Virus record (IMG/VR): IMGVR_UViG_3300044946_000428
Span: 4,777 to 68,776 of that record
Reading direction: 5' to 3' (one strand)
DNA: 64,000 nucleotides
DNA from: a virus
The translations under genes and the position numbers were made by a program. The notes beneath the pieces were generated by a model. That model made no database searches. It had not been told where the DNA came from and saw nothing but the letters and a program-made list of their open reading frames with translations. Positions 54,062 to 63,379 of this stretch are shown in pieces. The first letter of the stretch is position 1. Each line of letters starts with the position of its first letter.

Positions 54062-54790
54062 GTGGCAACTCCCGCATGGCTGGGGGCGACCTCCGGGCAG
54101 CGCCCGCAGGCCTCCCAGGTCAACCAGTTCCTCGGCGCCCACGCGGTCTCGTACCTCTACACGGGCGCGCTCATCGGCAGTCAGACGACGCTGGGCTCCG
54201 GTTCGGCGACGACCGCGACGACGTACGTCGCGCAGAGTTTCACGACCCCGGCGAGCACCGTGGCGCTCGGGCGGATCGTGCTGGACCTGACCTCCACGGG
54301 CAGTCCGCCCCCGGTCTCGATCTCGATCCAGGCGGCGGTCGGCGCGGCGCCGTCGGGCACGCCGCTGGTGACGACCTCGGTGCCCGCGGACTACGTGGGC
54401 GGGATCGTCTCGATCCCGGTGCCGTACGCCAGTCTCGCGGCGAGCACGCAGTACTGGATCGTCGCGGCGATCGGGACGTCGGGCAGCTACTTCTCCTGGC
54501 TCAAGAGCAATCAGACGTCGGGAGCCAGCGCTTCGACGAACGGCACGTCGTGGACGGCGCAGACGTACGGGCTCTACTACGCGTACTACGACCAGACGGT
54601 GACCGCGCCGCTGACCCACACGTGGGAGGACGCGGGCGCGCGCTGGACCGCACCGACGTACAACGCGAACGGAACGCCGGCGAGCCTGCGGGAGTACACG
54701 GTGGCTCAGGGCACCGGTGGATACGTGTATTCGCTGCGTTCTTTCGCCTATGGCGGCGCCGGCTCCGGCTACCTCATCTCGATCACGTAG
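54062..54790 (+). CDS. Minor tail protein, paralog of the N- and C-flanks of the next gene
   Basis: QV.QFLG.HA...Y.G and HTWED.GAR.T shared with 54794-57079. Confidence 0.75.
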   Translation: MATPAWLGATSGQRPQASQVNQFLGAHAVSYLYTGALIGSQTTLGSGSATTATTYVAQSFTTPASTVALGRIVLDLTSTGSPPPVSISIQAAVGAAPSGTPLVTTSVPADYVGGIVSIPVPYASLAASTQYWIVAAIGTSGSYFSWLKSNQTSGASASTNGTSWTAQTYGLYYAYYDQTVTAPLTHTWEDAGARWTAPTYNANGTPASLREYTVAQGTGGYVYSLRSFAYGGAGSGYLISIT

Positions 54791-54793
54791 GGG

Positions 54794-57079
54794 GTGGCGG
54801 TGGCGACTCCCGTTTACAGCGCGGCGCAGGCCGGCATCGTCGGCAACGCCGGTGCCATCGCGGCGTCCGCGCAGGTCGACCAGTTCCTCGGGACGCACGC
54901 CGACACGATCGTGTACCAGGGCGCTTCGATCCTGACGCCGAACGGCACGGGCGGCACCGCGTGGAACTATCAACTTTCCACGCAGGACATCGACCAGCCG
55001 TTCGCAATGTCCGGCACGGCGATCGGGCGCGTCGCGATTCCGCTGCTGCCAGTGGGGAATGGTGCCGACCTGCTCGTCAGCCTGTGCGCGGACAACTCCG
55101 GCACGCCCGGCACGATGCTCAGCCAAACCCGCGTTCCGGCATCGTGGATCACGCAACTTGCTGCCGTCTCCGGCAGCTCCGGGCCGTCCAACGGCAGCCC
55201 TTCCGTGCAGTACACGGGCAACCCGCTGGCCGCAGCACAGTTCAACTCGTTCCACATGTCGGCCCCGGCCACCAAGTCATGGCCGTACCCAACGAGCGGT
55301 ACCGGCGGCCCGTCCACATTCCCCTCCTCCACCTATGTCGGCGACGAGTTCGTCCAGGTCGGCGGGAGTGTCGGCTCCACCCTGTACAACAACGTGTACA
55401 CGATCCCGTATAACGCGAACGGGACCCTCGCGCCGGCGGTTGTCCAGCCCGCGTTCCCCTCCGTCACCGACGGGTCGGCGACCGGCGCCGCCTATACAGA
55501 CTCCAGTGGAAACCAGACCCTGTTCGTCGTCGGCGGCTGCGAGACGCCCAACGTGCCCGTATCCGCCGTCTACGCCGCCAGCATGGACGCCTCGACCGGC
55601 AACATCAACTCGTGGTCGCAGCAGACCTCCCTGCCGTACGCCACGAACCTCGCTGGCGCTGTCGCCAGCAACGGATATCTCTACGTCCTCGGCGGCCCGT
55701 TCAGCACGACGCCGACGACCAACGTCTACTACGCGGCGATATCCAACGGCCAGATCGGGTCATGGACCGCGACGACGCCGCTCCCGCTGGCGCTTTCTGC
55801 ATTCTTCACCGTCGTGTCGAACGGATTCCTGTTCATCATCGGCGGAGTGACCCCCAGCACCATCGGGCTGTCCACCGTCTACTATGCCCCGCTGCTGGCC
55901 AACGGCGCGATCGGGGCGTGGCGCGCGGGGCCGCCGCTGTCGGTGACGCTGTATCAGGCGAGCGGACTGCCGGTGATCACGGCGGGCGGCTATGGGATCA
56001 TCGTCAACGGCAGCGCGACACTGTCCATGCTCGGGGTGGGGCCGGGCGGCCCCGATTCCGCATGGCAGACCGCGAACCTGTTCCTGGGCGGCGACTTCAT
56101 CGCCGCCGCCGGCTCCAGCGCCGGGCTGTGGCAGTACTACGGCCTGTACCAGTCGTCGTACACGACGATGCCGATCAGCCTTACGCCTCGGATCTCAGTC
56201 CCGCTGCCCGCCACGGGCCTGACCAGCGGCGGGACCTACCACATCCTTATGCAGCAGCAGGGCGGGGATCCGAACGACTATCTGCGCACGCACCTCGACG
56301 TGGACGTCTTCACCGGAAATCCGACGCTGCAGACGTCACCGAGGGGCACGTACACGTGGACGGCCGCTGCCGCAGGCAATGCCGTGCCGATCCAGATCTA
56401 CGACCAGACCGCGTTCGGCCTGCCGCTGCATACGTGGGAAGACTCGGGCGCCCGCGTCACCACGATCGTGCGCTCCACGACCCCGGACCAGCGGGTGCTC
56501 GGCCTGTGCGAGGCGACCCGCATGGGGCTCGGCCTCAACCAGAACCAGGGCTTCGAGTCCGGGCTGACCCCGTGGACGGTTTCGGGCGGCACGCTCTCGC
56601 AGTCCACCGCCCAGTCCTACGCCGGGATCCACTCCGCGCAGATCACCCCGTCCGGGTCCAGCGCGCAGGTCGGGCTGAGCTCCGAGACCCTCGCCTGCCT
56701 GCCCGGGCAGTCGGTCACCGTGGCCGCGCGGTTGTGGTTCACCTCCGCCGTCACGACGAACGCGTCGATATCCGTCAACTGGTTCACATCCGGCGGGGCG
56801 TACATCACGACCTCGTACAACGAAGTCTCCGTGGCGGCCACGACATGGACGCAGATCGCGAACACGTTCACCGCCCCGGCCACCGCCTACGGCTTCACGA
56901 TCAACCCGACGCTCGGCGGCACCCCCGCCGCAACACAGATCTGGTACGTCGACAACATCATCGCGACCTACACGTACACCGGGGCGCAGCAGTCCTCGGT
57001 CACCGAGTTCTCCTACGCCAGCGTCTGGCCGGCGACCGGCGCGGCACCCGTCCTGACGTCCACGACAGTCCTGGCCTGA
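54794..57079 (+). CDS. Receptor-binding-like tail protein with Kelch-type repeats and a C-terminal CBM-like domain
   Basis: Repeated LYVLGG/LFIIGG...VYYA...G.IG.W...LP; NQGFESGLTPW...G.HSAQIT (CBM_4_9-like). Confidence 0.78.
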   Translation: MAVATPVYSAAQAGIVGNAGAIAASAQVDQFLGTHADTIVYQGASILTPNGTGGTAWNYQLSTQDIDQPFAMSGTAIGRVAIPLLPVGNGADLLVSLCADNSGTPGTMLSQTRVPASWITQLAAVSGSSGPSNGSPSVQYTGNPLAAAQFNSFHMSAPATKSWPYPTSGTGGPSTFPSSTYVGDEFVQVGGSVGSTLYNNVYTIPYNANGTLAPAVVQPAFPSVTDGSATGAAYTDSSGNQTLFVVGGCETPNVPVSAVYAASMDASTGNINSWSQQTSLPYATNLAGAVASNGYLYVLGGPFSTTPTTNVYYAAISNGQIGSWTATTPLPLALSAFFTVVSNGFLFIIGGVTPSTIGLSTVYYAPLLANGAIGAWRAGPPLSVTLYQASGLPVITAGGYGIIVNGSATLSMLGVGPGGPDSAWQTANLFLGGDFIAAAGSSAGLWQYYGLYQSSYTTMPISLTPRISVPLPATGLTSGGTYHILMQQQGGDPNDYLRTHLDVDVFTGNPTLQTSPRGTYTWTAAAAGNAVPIQIYDQTAFGLPLHTWEDSGARVTTIVRSTTPDQRVLGLCEATRMGLGLNQNQGFESGLTPWTVSGGTLSQSTAQSYAGIHSAQITPSGSSAQVGLSSETLACLPGQSVTVAARLWFTSAVTTNASISVNWFTSGGAYITTSYNEVSVAATTWTQIANTFTAPATAYGFTINPTLGGTPAATQIWYVDNIIATYTYTGAQQSSVTEFSYASVWPATGAAPVLTSTTVLA

Positions 57080-57089
57080 GGAGGTAGCG

Positions 57090-57578
57090 ATGGCCTCCAC
57101 GTTCGAAGCGGAACTGCTGGCGAGCACGGCGCAGCTCGCGGTCCCCGTGATCGCGACGCCGACTTCCACGAACTCCACGGGCAGCGTGACGTCCGGCACC
57201 ACCGAGACTTTCGACACGGTCCTCGGCTACTACCAGGCGAGCCTCATCGCCGGGCGCCGGTACATGGCCGTCATGAACGGCTACGTCGCCGGCGGCACGG
57301 CGGCCGCCGACCTCTTCGACATCCGGATCCGCAACTCGGGGTCCTCGTCCAATCCGACGACGAGTTCGACGATCGTCGCCATGACGCAGTTTTACGTCTC
57401 GGCCACCGGCGGCCCTGGCCAGGTGACCGTCTACATCCAGGCGTCTTTCCTCGCACCGGCCACCGGCCTCAATACGTTCGGCGTCAGCGCGCAGAGGATC
57501 GTCGGATCCGGCACCCTCACCCCCTTCAGTTCCGGCGTCCCTCGCGAGCTGTATGTCATGTACCTCGGCGCCGTCTGA
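57090..57578 (+). CDS. Minor tail/fibre-tip protein
   Basis: Beta-rich 162 aa; GAGGAGG SD. Confidence 0.65.
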   Translation: MASTFEAELLASTAQLAVPVIATPTSTNSTGSVTSGTTETFDTVLGYYQASLIAGRRYMAVMNGYVAGGTAAADLFDIRIRNSGSSSNPTTSSTIVAMTQFYVSATGGPGQVTVYIQASFLAPATGLNTFGVSAQRIVGSGTLTPFSSGVPRELYVMYLGAV

Positions 57579-57622
57579 TCCACCACCGGCGCCTCGCGCG
57601 CCCGACTTTCGAGAGGGGGCAT

Positions 57623-58102
57623 ATGACCGCCGCCCACGACCACCCGACGCCCCTGCCGCACGAGGCGGGCCCGGAGGAGATCGCCGCGCACCGGCAGGCC
57701 GAGACCCACCGGTACACCGTCAGCTACCCGGCGCACGGCGACGGCCGGGACACGGACCCGCACTACAGGGCCTTCCACGCCTACCACCGCAAGTTCGGTC
57801 CCACGGCGCGCTGCTACGTCGGCGAGCACGTCGGATTCGAGCACTGCTCGAAGGGCCCGCTCCAACTCCACCACGCGTTCCTGGAGTGGTCGATGCAGAA
57901 CGCCGCGTCCGCCGAGGCGCTGCACCGCGAGTTCCCGGCGATCCGGCCCGACGCGACGCAGGACGAGATCGACGCGTGGGTGGAGCAGGACTCGAATTTT
58001 CGCTGGCTTTGCACGTTCCATCACATCGGCCACGGCGGGGCGCACGTCGCCTCGCACTCGGACTGGACGGCGCAGTTGTTCGTCCCCGGACTGATCACGT
58101 AA
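57623..58102 (+). CDS. His-rich HNH-like metal-binding protein
   Basis: C...C..G.LQLHH...E...N...LC.FHH.G.GG.H. Confidence 0.6.
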   Translation: MTAAHDHPTPLPHEAGPEEIAAHRQAETHRYTVSYPAHGDGRDTDPHYRAFHAYHRKFGPTARCYVGEHVGFEHCSKGPLQLHHAFLEWSMQNAASAEALHREFPAIRPDATQDEIDAWVEQDSNFRWLCTFHHIGHGGAHVASHSDWTAQLFVPGLIT

Positions 58103-58112
58103 GGCGGCGCAC

Positions 58113-58493
58113 ATGAGCACTGACATCGCTGCAGAGTCTCTGCCTCACCCGGCGGTCGTACACCCCCATGCCTCGCTCAACGAAGAGATCGGCGACCGGA
58201 TCTCCGGCGTCTTCGGGTCGATGCGCACGTTCTGGATCCTGGTGGGCTGGCAGATCGGGTGGATGGTCCTGGCAACGGCGGGCGCGCCGCTGCTGCGGCG
58301 CGACCCGTACCCGTTCACGTTCTGCCTCTTCCTCAGCAACTTGATTCAGTTGTGGGCGCTCCCGGTGCTCGGCAACACCCAGAACCGGGCCGACCTCAAG
58401 CGGTCGCTCAAGGCCGACGCGGACCACCAGGCGCTGACCTACATCGCCACCGCGGTCGACGAGATCCGCCGCAACACCGCACCTGACGCGTAG
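58113..58493 (+). CDS. DUF1003-like membrane protein
   Basis: IGDRI...FGSM.TF...W...DPYPF..L....Q....P......QNRA. Confidence 0.75.
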   Translation: MSTDIAAESLPHPAVVHPHASLNEEIGDRISGVFGSMRTFWILVGWQIGWMVLATAGAPLLRRDPYPFTFCLFLSNLIQLWALPVLGNTQNRADLKRSLKADADHQALTYIATAVDEIRRNTAPDA

Positions 58494-58535
58494 GCCGGCC
58501 GGATCGACCACCTCGCATGTACGACCGAGCCGGGG

Positions 58536-58901
58536 GTGATCGTGGCCGATGAGCCACTCAGCAACCGCGAGATCCTCTCCAGGTTCGACGACGAACGCGC
58601 CAACAGAAAAGCCATCGACGACCGGCTGACCCAGGTCGCGCAGAACTCAGTCACGGTCGACGCGTGGACCCGTGAAAACGGCCACCTGCAGCGCGACATC
58701 GCCGAGGTCGACGACCACTGCGAGGAACGCCACCAGGTCGCGATGGGCGCCCTCGAGGAACTCCGCAAATCCCTCGGCGAGGTGAAGTCGGCGGTGGAGA
58801 AACGCTCCGAGCTCACGTGGCAGCGGGTCCTGACGGTCGCGGGGATCCTCGTGGCGCTGGGCGCGGCCTGGTATTCCGCAGTGCACCAGGGGGTGCGGTG
58901 A
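58536..58901 (+). CDS. Coiled-coil protein with a C-terminal TM (lysis accessory/holin-like)
   Basis: Heptad repeats then VLTVAGILVALGAAW. Confidence 0.6.
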   Translation: MIVADEPLSNREILSRFDDERANRKAIDDRLTQVAQNSVTVDAWTRENGHLQRDIAEVDDHCEERHQVAMGALEELRKSLGEVKSAVEKRSELTWQRVLTVAGILVALGAAWYSAVHQGVR

Positions 58902-59711
58902 ATGCCTGACCGGCTTCGTGCCCGCTGGTTCCCGTCTGCACTCATGCTGTGCGCGCTGCTCGGGCTCGGACTGCTCGCGTACCTGCTGCTGATGCTGCAT
59001 ACCGCCTCGACTCAGATCAGTGGGCTCAGCTCGGCGCGCGCGACGCAGGACGCGCAGATCAACGGTCTCGCCGCCGCAGTGGACTCGGCCAGGGCGCAGA
59101 TCCGAGGCCTGGGCGGGACGCCGGTCGTGCCCGCGCCGAGCCAGATCCTGGAGACGATCCAGGTTCCCGGGCCGCCGGGACCCGCGGGCGTCGGAGCTAC
59201 CGGGCCTGCGGGCGCTCCTGGTTCGCCGGGTAGTCCGGGCGCGTCCGGCGTGAGCATTACGGGTCCGGCCGGCGCGCCGGGAAGCGTTGGCCCGAGCGGG
59301 CCGGCCGGCGTCCAAGGCGCACCCGGCGTACCTGGCAGTCCAGGCGCCCCAGGCGCTCCGGGAAGTCCGGGCGCCGTCGGGCCCAGCGGACAAGCCGGCG
59401 CGCCCGGCAGCCCGCCCGCAGGCTGGTCCTGGACCGACCCGTCCGGCAACACCTACACGTGCACCGAGAACGGGGCGAGCCCGGCGCCGCAGTACACGTG
59501 CGCGCTCCAGACCCCGACCCCGCCGCCCGCGACCGGGACGGACACCGTCAGCCCCGCCGCCGCACCGCTGCGCGACACGGGCGGCGCCATCGCGGCCGAC
59601 GCGCCCGACCCGACCACGCCCCTGCGCATCCCGAGTCCGCACCCGCGGCTGCTGCTCGTCCTGCTGGTCCCGCTGCTGCGGCGCGACGACCTCTACCTCC
59701 TGGAGACCTGA
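58902..59711 (+). CDS. Membrane-anchored collagen-like protein (lysis cassette)
   Basis: N-terminal TM, coiled coil, about 25 G-X-Y triplets, hydrophobic C-terminus. Confidence 0.8.
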   Translation: MPDRLRARWFPSALMLCALLGLGLLAYLLLMLHTASTQISGLSSARATQDAQINGLAAAVDSARAQIRGLGGTPVVPAPSQILETIQVPGPPGPAGVGATGPAGAPGSPGSPGASGVSITGPAGAPGSVGPSGPAGVQGAPGVPGSPGAPGAPGSPGAVGPSGQAGAPGSPPAGWSWTDPSGNTYTCTENGASPAPQYTCALQTPTPPPATGTDTVSPAAAPLRDTGGAIAADAPDPTTPLRIPSPHPRLLLVLLVPLLRRDDLYLLET

Positions 59712-60712
59712 TGTCCGTCAAGGGCTGCGACTACGCGTTCGATCGACCGGCCGTCCCGGCCCTGACCGCCGACGGCATCGAGTTCGCCTGCCGGTACCTG
59801 TCCACCGACCCCGCCAAGAACCTCACCACCGCCGAGCGCGACGCCCTGCACGCCGCCGGGATCAGCATCGTCCTCGTGTGGGAGACCACCGGCCGCTCCC
59901 CGATCGGCGGCTACGCGTCCGGCCTCGCCGAGGCTCGTACCGCCCGGGCGCAGGCGATCGCACTCGGCGCACCCGCGAGCCTGCCGATCTACTACGCCGT
60001 CGACTTCGACCCGACCACCGCCGAGATCACCGAAGTCCTCGACTACCTCCACGGCGCGTCCGACGCCGAAGGCTCCAAGGACAAGGTCGGCGTCTACGGG
60101 TCATACGAAGTTGCCGAGGCGGCTGCGGCAGCCGGATACGCGTACCTGTGGCAGACCTACGCCTGGTCCGACGGACAGTGGGAGCCCGCCGCCGTCATCC
60201 GCCAGACCCTCAACGGCACAACCATCGGCGGAGTCGACGCCGACATCGACGAAGCGACCGCCGGAAACTACGGACAGTGGACGCCCGCCGGGACGCCCGC
60301 GACGACCACGGCACCGGCCGTACACCCGGGCCGCCCGCAGGTCGTCGAAGGCAACTCCGGGTACTGGGTCGAGGTGCTCCAGCGGTCCCTGATGCTCGCC
60401 GGCGTCGACCCCAAGGGTGTGGACGCCCACTTCGGCGCGAACACGCTCGCCGCGGTCAAGGATGCGCAGAAGGCGTTCGGGATCCACGTGGACGGGCAGT
60501 GCGGCTCTGTGACGTGGCAGCACCTCGAGGCCCGCACTCTCGTCGTGCAGCACGCCCTCGTCGGCCAAGGGCTCGGTGCGGGCGGGACGGACAGCGTCGC
60601 CGGACCCAACACCGCACAGGAAGTCCTCGCGTTCCAGCGGCAGCACAAGCTGAAGCAGGACTCGATCGTCGGCAAGCGCACGTCCAAGGCGCTGGGGATC
60701 CCGGCCGCCTGA
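59711..60712 (+). CDS. Endolysin: DUF1906/GH25-like glycoside hydrolase plus peptidoglycan-binding domains
   Basis: RYLS....KNLT..E...L..AG...V.VWE...PIYYAVDFD...GVYGS; DG.FG..T..AVK..Q PG-binding repeats. Confidence 0.9.
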   Translation: MSVKGCDYAFDRPAVPALTADGIEFACRYLSTDPAKNLTTAERDALHAAGISIVLVWETTGRSPIGGYASGLAEARTARAQAIALGAPASLPIYYAVDFDPTTAEITEVLDYLHGASDAEGSKDKVGVYGSYEVAEAAAAAGYAYLWQTYAWSDGQWEPAAVIRQTLNGTTIGGVDADIDEATAGNYGQWTPAGTPATTTAPAVHPGRPQVVEGNSGYWVEVLQRSLMLAGVDPKGVDAHFGANTLAAVKDAQKAFGIHVDGQCGSVTWQHLEARTLVVQHALVGQGLGAGGTDSVAGPNTAQEVLAFQRQHKLKQDSIVGKRTSKALGIPAA

Positions 60713-60801
60713 CCTACTGCCCCACGGCTTCACGCCCCGCTTCCCACGCCCCTCGGGCTGGGGAGCGGGGCCTCTTTTGCGTGCCCGGAACATGATCGAG
60801 A

Positions 60802-61023
60802 GTGCTCACGGCGTGAGCACGGCGGTGTGTTTGCCATGGTAGGCTCTGTGCCAGAGATGGTGCGAGATGTGGTTCGAACCTAGCCGACCAGCAAGTTTGC
60901 AGGTCACGCGGTAGTTCTTTACGGGTTCAAATCCCGTCTCCACCTCAACCGATCAAGCGTCTGACCTGGAGTCGGACGCTTTTTTGTTGCCCTCGCCCGA
61001 CTTGTGAGCACGGCCGTGAGCAC
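60802..61023. mobile_element. attP-like site: tRNA-Cys 3' core flanked by GTGAGCAC arm-type repeats
   Basis: Core TACGGGTTCAAATCCCGTCTCCACCTC (60920-60946; T-arm, acceptor strand CTCCACC, U73 discriminator typical of tRNA-Cys), no tRNA 5' half; GTGCTCAC/GTGAGCAC at 60802, 60813, 61004, 61016. Confidence 0.8.
60955..60986 (+). terminator. Intrinsic terminator after the att core
   Basis: AAGCGTCTGAC-CTGGA-GTCGGACGCTT followed by TTTT. Confidence 0.85.
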
Positions 61024-61076
61024 CGGGTCTCCGAAAACGGCTGACACGATCTCCGTTCGGGCCCACACTGAACGCC

Positions 61077-62489
61077 ATGGCGAACCTCGATCGGCGCAGG
61101 AATAAAGACGGGGAAATCATCAAGGTCTACGTCCGCTGGCGAGCCGGCGGCACGCGCGACGGCGACCAGCAGTCAGAGCCGTTCACCGGACCCGACGCCG
61201 AGGACCGCGCCGCGGACTTCGCCCGCGACGTCGAACGCCACGGCCACCAGTGGCCGCCGCTCTACTATCAGCGCGTCGGATACGTCTCGCGCGAACAGTA
61301 CGCGCGCCTCGCCGCCCCGGCCGCAGCGCCCGAGCCCTCCGCCGCCGCCCGCCCGCTCCTGCCGTACTTGCGCGACCGCATCTCACTGCTCAGCGGCGTC
61401 ACGCCCGGCACGCGCTCGGAATACTTCCGGCTGATCGCGAACTACTGCGACGCGTACGAGCCGTTCCGCACCGCCGACGTCGCAGACCCGGACACTCTCA
61501 GCCAGGACACGATCTCCGCGTGGGTGAACTGGCTCAAGGACGGCGACCCGCACCCGGAGATCAAGGACGCGTGGACGCGGGCCCCGAAAGGCTCCAAAAC
61601 CATCCACAACGCCCACGGGCTGCTCTTCCAACTCCTGGACTACGCGACCCGCGGAGAGAAGCCGCTGCGGCGCACCAACCCGTGCGCGCACACGGACCTG
61701 CCCCGACTGGACTCGGGCACCACGAACGTGGAGATGGTGGTGCTCACCCGCGACGAGTACGCGTTCCTCTACGGCTGCGGCAGCGCGATCGCACAGGACA
61801 TATCCCACCTCGCGGTCGCGACGGGGACCCGGTTCGGGGAGTACACGGCTTTCTTCGTCGGAGACGTGGACCGGGACGCGCACCCCCCGACGGTGAGCGT
61901 GCAGCGGGCGTGGAAGCGGGACGCGACCGTGAAAACCGGCGACAAGCCCGGATACGTGCTCGGGGAGCCGAAGTCCGCGGCGGGCCGGCGCGCGGTCGCG
62001 TTCGACGAGGGCACGCTCGCGATGCTCGAGAAGAACTACCTGGACCGGCGCCGCCCGTCGGAGTACCTGCTGACGGATACGCAGGGGCGGCCGTGGACGC
62101 ACGCGCGGTTCTACCGAGCGCACTGGCAGCCGATGGTCTACCGGGCGATCCGGTGCGAGGAGCATCGGGCGTTCGACCGGGAGGAGGGGCGCGTGATCAA
62201 GGGTAAGCGGGTGCGGATGACCTCGAAGCGGGAGCTCGCGGCGGTGTGGTTCGAGCCGTGTTTCTGTCCGGGGACGCTGCGCAAGGTGCCACGGATCCAC
62301 GATCAACGACACACCTGGGTGTCGTGGCTGATCGCGGCGGGCGTCCCCATCACGAAGATTGCTAAGGCGGCGGGGCACGACGACATCAAGACCACCTATA
62401 AGGTCTACGGCCACCTGATGCCGGAGCTCGATGACGCGGTGGCCGAGGCGATCGGCGCGGCGCTCGGCGGCCTGCGGCAGGGGGCCTAG
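61077..62489 (+). CDS. int: Tyrosine integrase
   Basis: TGTRFGE (R), EPKS (K), IHDQRH (HxxR), AGH, TYKVYGH (Y). Confidence 0.95.
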   Translation: MANLDRRRNKDGEIIKVYVRWRAGGTRDGDQQSEPFTGPDAEDRAADFARDVERHGHQWPPLYYQRVGYVSREQYARLAAPAAAPEPSAAARPLLPYLRDRISLLSGVTPGTRSEYFRLIANYCDAYEPFRTADVADPDTLSQDTISAWVNWLKDGDPHPEIKDAWTRAPKGSKTIHNAHGLLFQLLDYATRGEKPLRRTNPCAHTDLPRLDSGTTNVEMVVLTRDEYAFLYGCGSAIAQDISHLAVATGTRFGEYTAFFVGDVDRDAHPPTVSVQRAWKRDATVKTGDKPGYVLGEPKSAAGRRAVAFDEGTLAMLEKNYLDRRRPSEYLLTDTQGRPWTHARFYRAHWQPMVYRAIRCEEHRAFDREEGRVIKGKRVRMTSKRELAAVWFEPCFCPGTLRKVPRIHDQRHTWVSWLIAAGVPITKIAKAAGHDDIKTTYKVYGHLMPELDDAVAEAIGAALGGLRQGA

Positions 62490-63247
62490 TCCTGTTCGGT
62501 GCCGGTTGCGGGCAAGGCGGGGCGCTGCTGGACGAGGTGGAGCCTCACCGCCGCAGGGATCCCGTTGGGCTTCTTGTGGCCGCCCGTCCGCGCGAGAAGT
62601 TCGTCGCCGAGCGCGGCATAGGCCCGCTCGAGCCCGTCGGTGGGCGCCGCGAGCAGCGCGCGCACGTGGTCGGCGGCGTCGCGTTCGTAGTCGTGCGCGG
62701 TGGTGATGCCGGCGAGGTAGGCGGCGCGGATGTCGCGTTCGCGGTCGACGACGGCCTGGGCGAGGGCGTAGTCGTGCGCGGCTTGCTGGTTCTCCAGGGC
62801 GACCTCGACGGCGCGGTTGCGGCGGGTGAGGGCGTGGGCCGCGTTGAGGGCGTGGATCGCGCCGGCCTCCGGCATGATGATCACGAAGGCCGTGACGAGG
62901 ACGCTGGTGCGTAGCTGCCCGACCGCGATCAGGATCGCGAGCAGGGCTGTGACGACACCCAGCAGGAGCGCGGCGACGGTGCAGGCGAGCGGCGTGATGC
63001 GGCGGGCGTTGAGGAGTTGGGCGACGAAGACGGGTGCGCCGAGGCAGCCGGCGCCGATGAGGAGGCACTCGGTCAGGGTGAAGTCGGTTCCGCCGAGGAA
63101 CCATCGGTGCCCGTAGAGGACCAGGCTGATGGCGGCTGCGCCCCATGTGGCTGCCCCGAGCACCCCGGCGGTTCGGCTCGAGGTGTCGGCATACCGCTCG
63201 GCCAGGGTGCGGCGGCGGTCTTGATCTGACGGTTCGTCGGTGCCCAT
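62486..63247 (-). CDS. Four-TM membrane protein with a coiled-coil tail
   Basis: Four hydrophobic helices then a helical C-terminus; lies between int and the repressor. Confidence 0.75.
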   Translation of the reverse strand: MGTDEPSDQDRRRTLAERYADTSSRTAGVLGAATWGAAAISLVLYGHRWFLGGTDFTLTECLLIGAGCLGAPVFVAQLLNARRITPLACTVAALLLGVVTALLAILIAVGQLRTSVLVTAFVIIMPEAGAIHALNAAHALTRRNRAVEVALENQQAAHDYALAQAVVDRERDIRAAYLAGITTAHDYERDAADHVRALLAAPTDGLERAYAALGDELLARTGGHKKPNGIPAAVRLHLVQQRPALPATGTEQD

Positions 63248-63379
63248 GCGATGCTCCCCTGTGCGCGTGCCGGTGCCTGCGCGCCCCCCGAACGCCCGCG
63301 CGCGCCGGGCCTAAATCGGCATGGTAGCCCCGGACCGGCGCGCACGTACGGGCATTCACTCTTTAGGGGGAGGCCCGAA

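Noticed and set aside
54062-57578. Diversity-generating retroelement acting on tail fibres
   Set aside because: No reverse transcriptase gene and no adenine-variable TR/VR pair seen
59160-59410. Tandem DNA repeats
   Set aside because: Explained by the collagen G-X-Y coding periodicity
59459-59710. N-terminal extension of the endolysin in the ORF track
   Set aside because: It overlaps the collagen-like gene; the TGATG-coupled ATG at 59711 is the better start
60920-60946. Functional tRNA-Cys gene
   Set aside because: Only the T-arm and acceptor 3' strand are present; the upstream sequence has no D or anticodon arm
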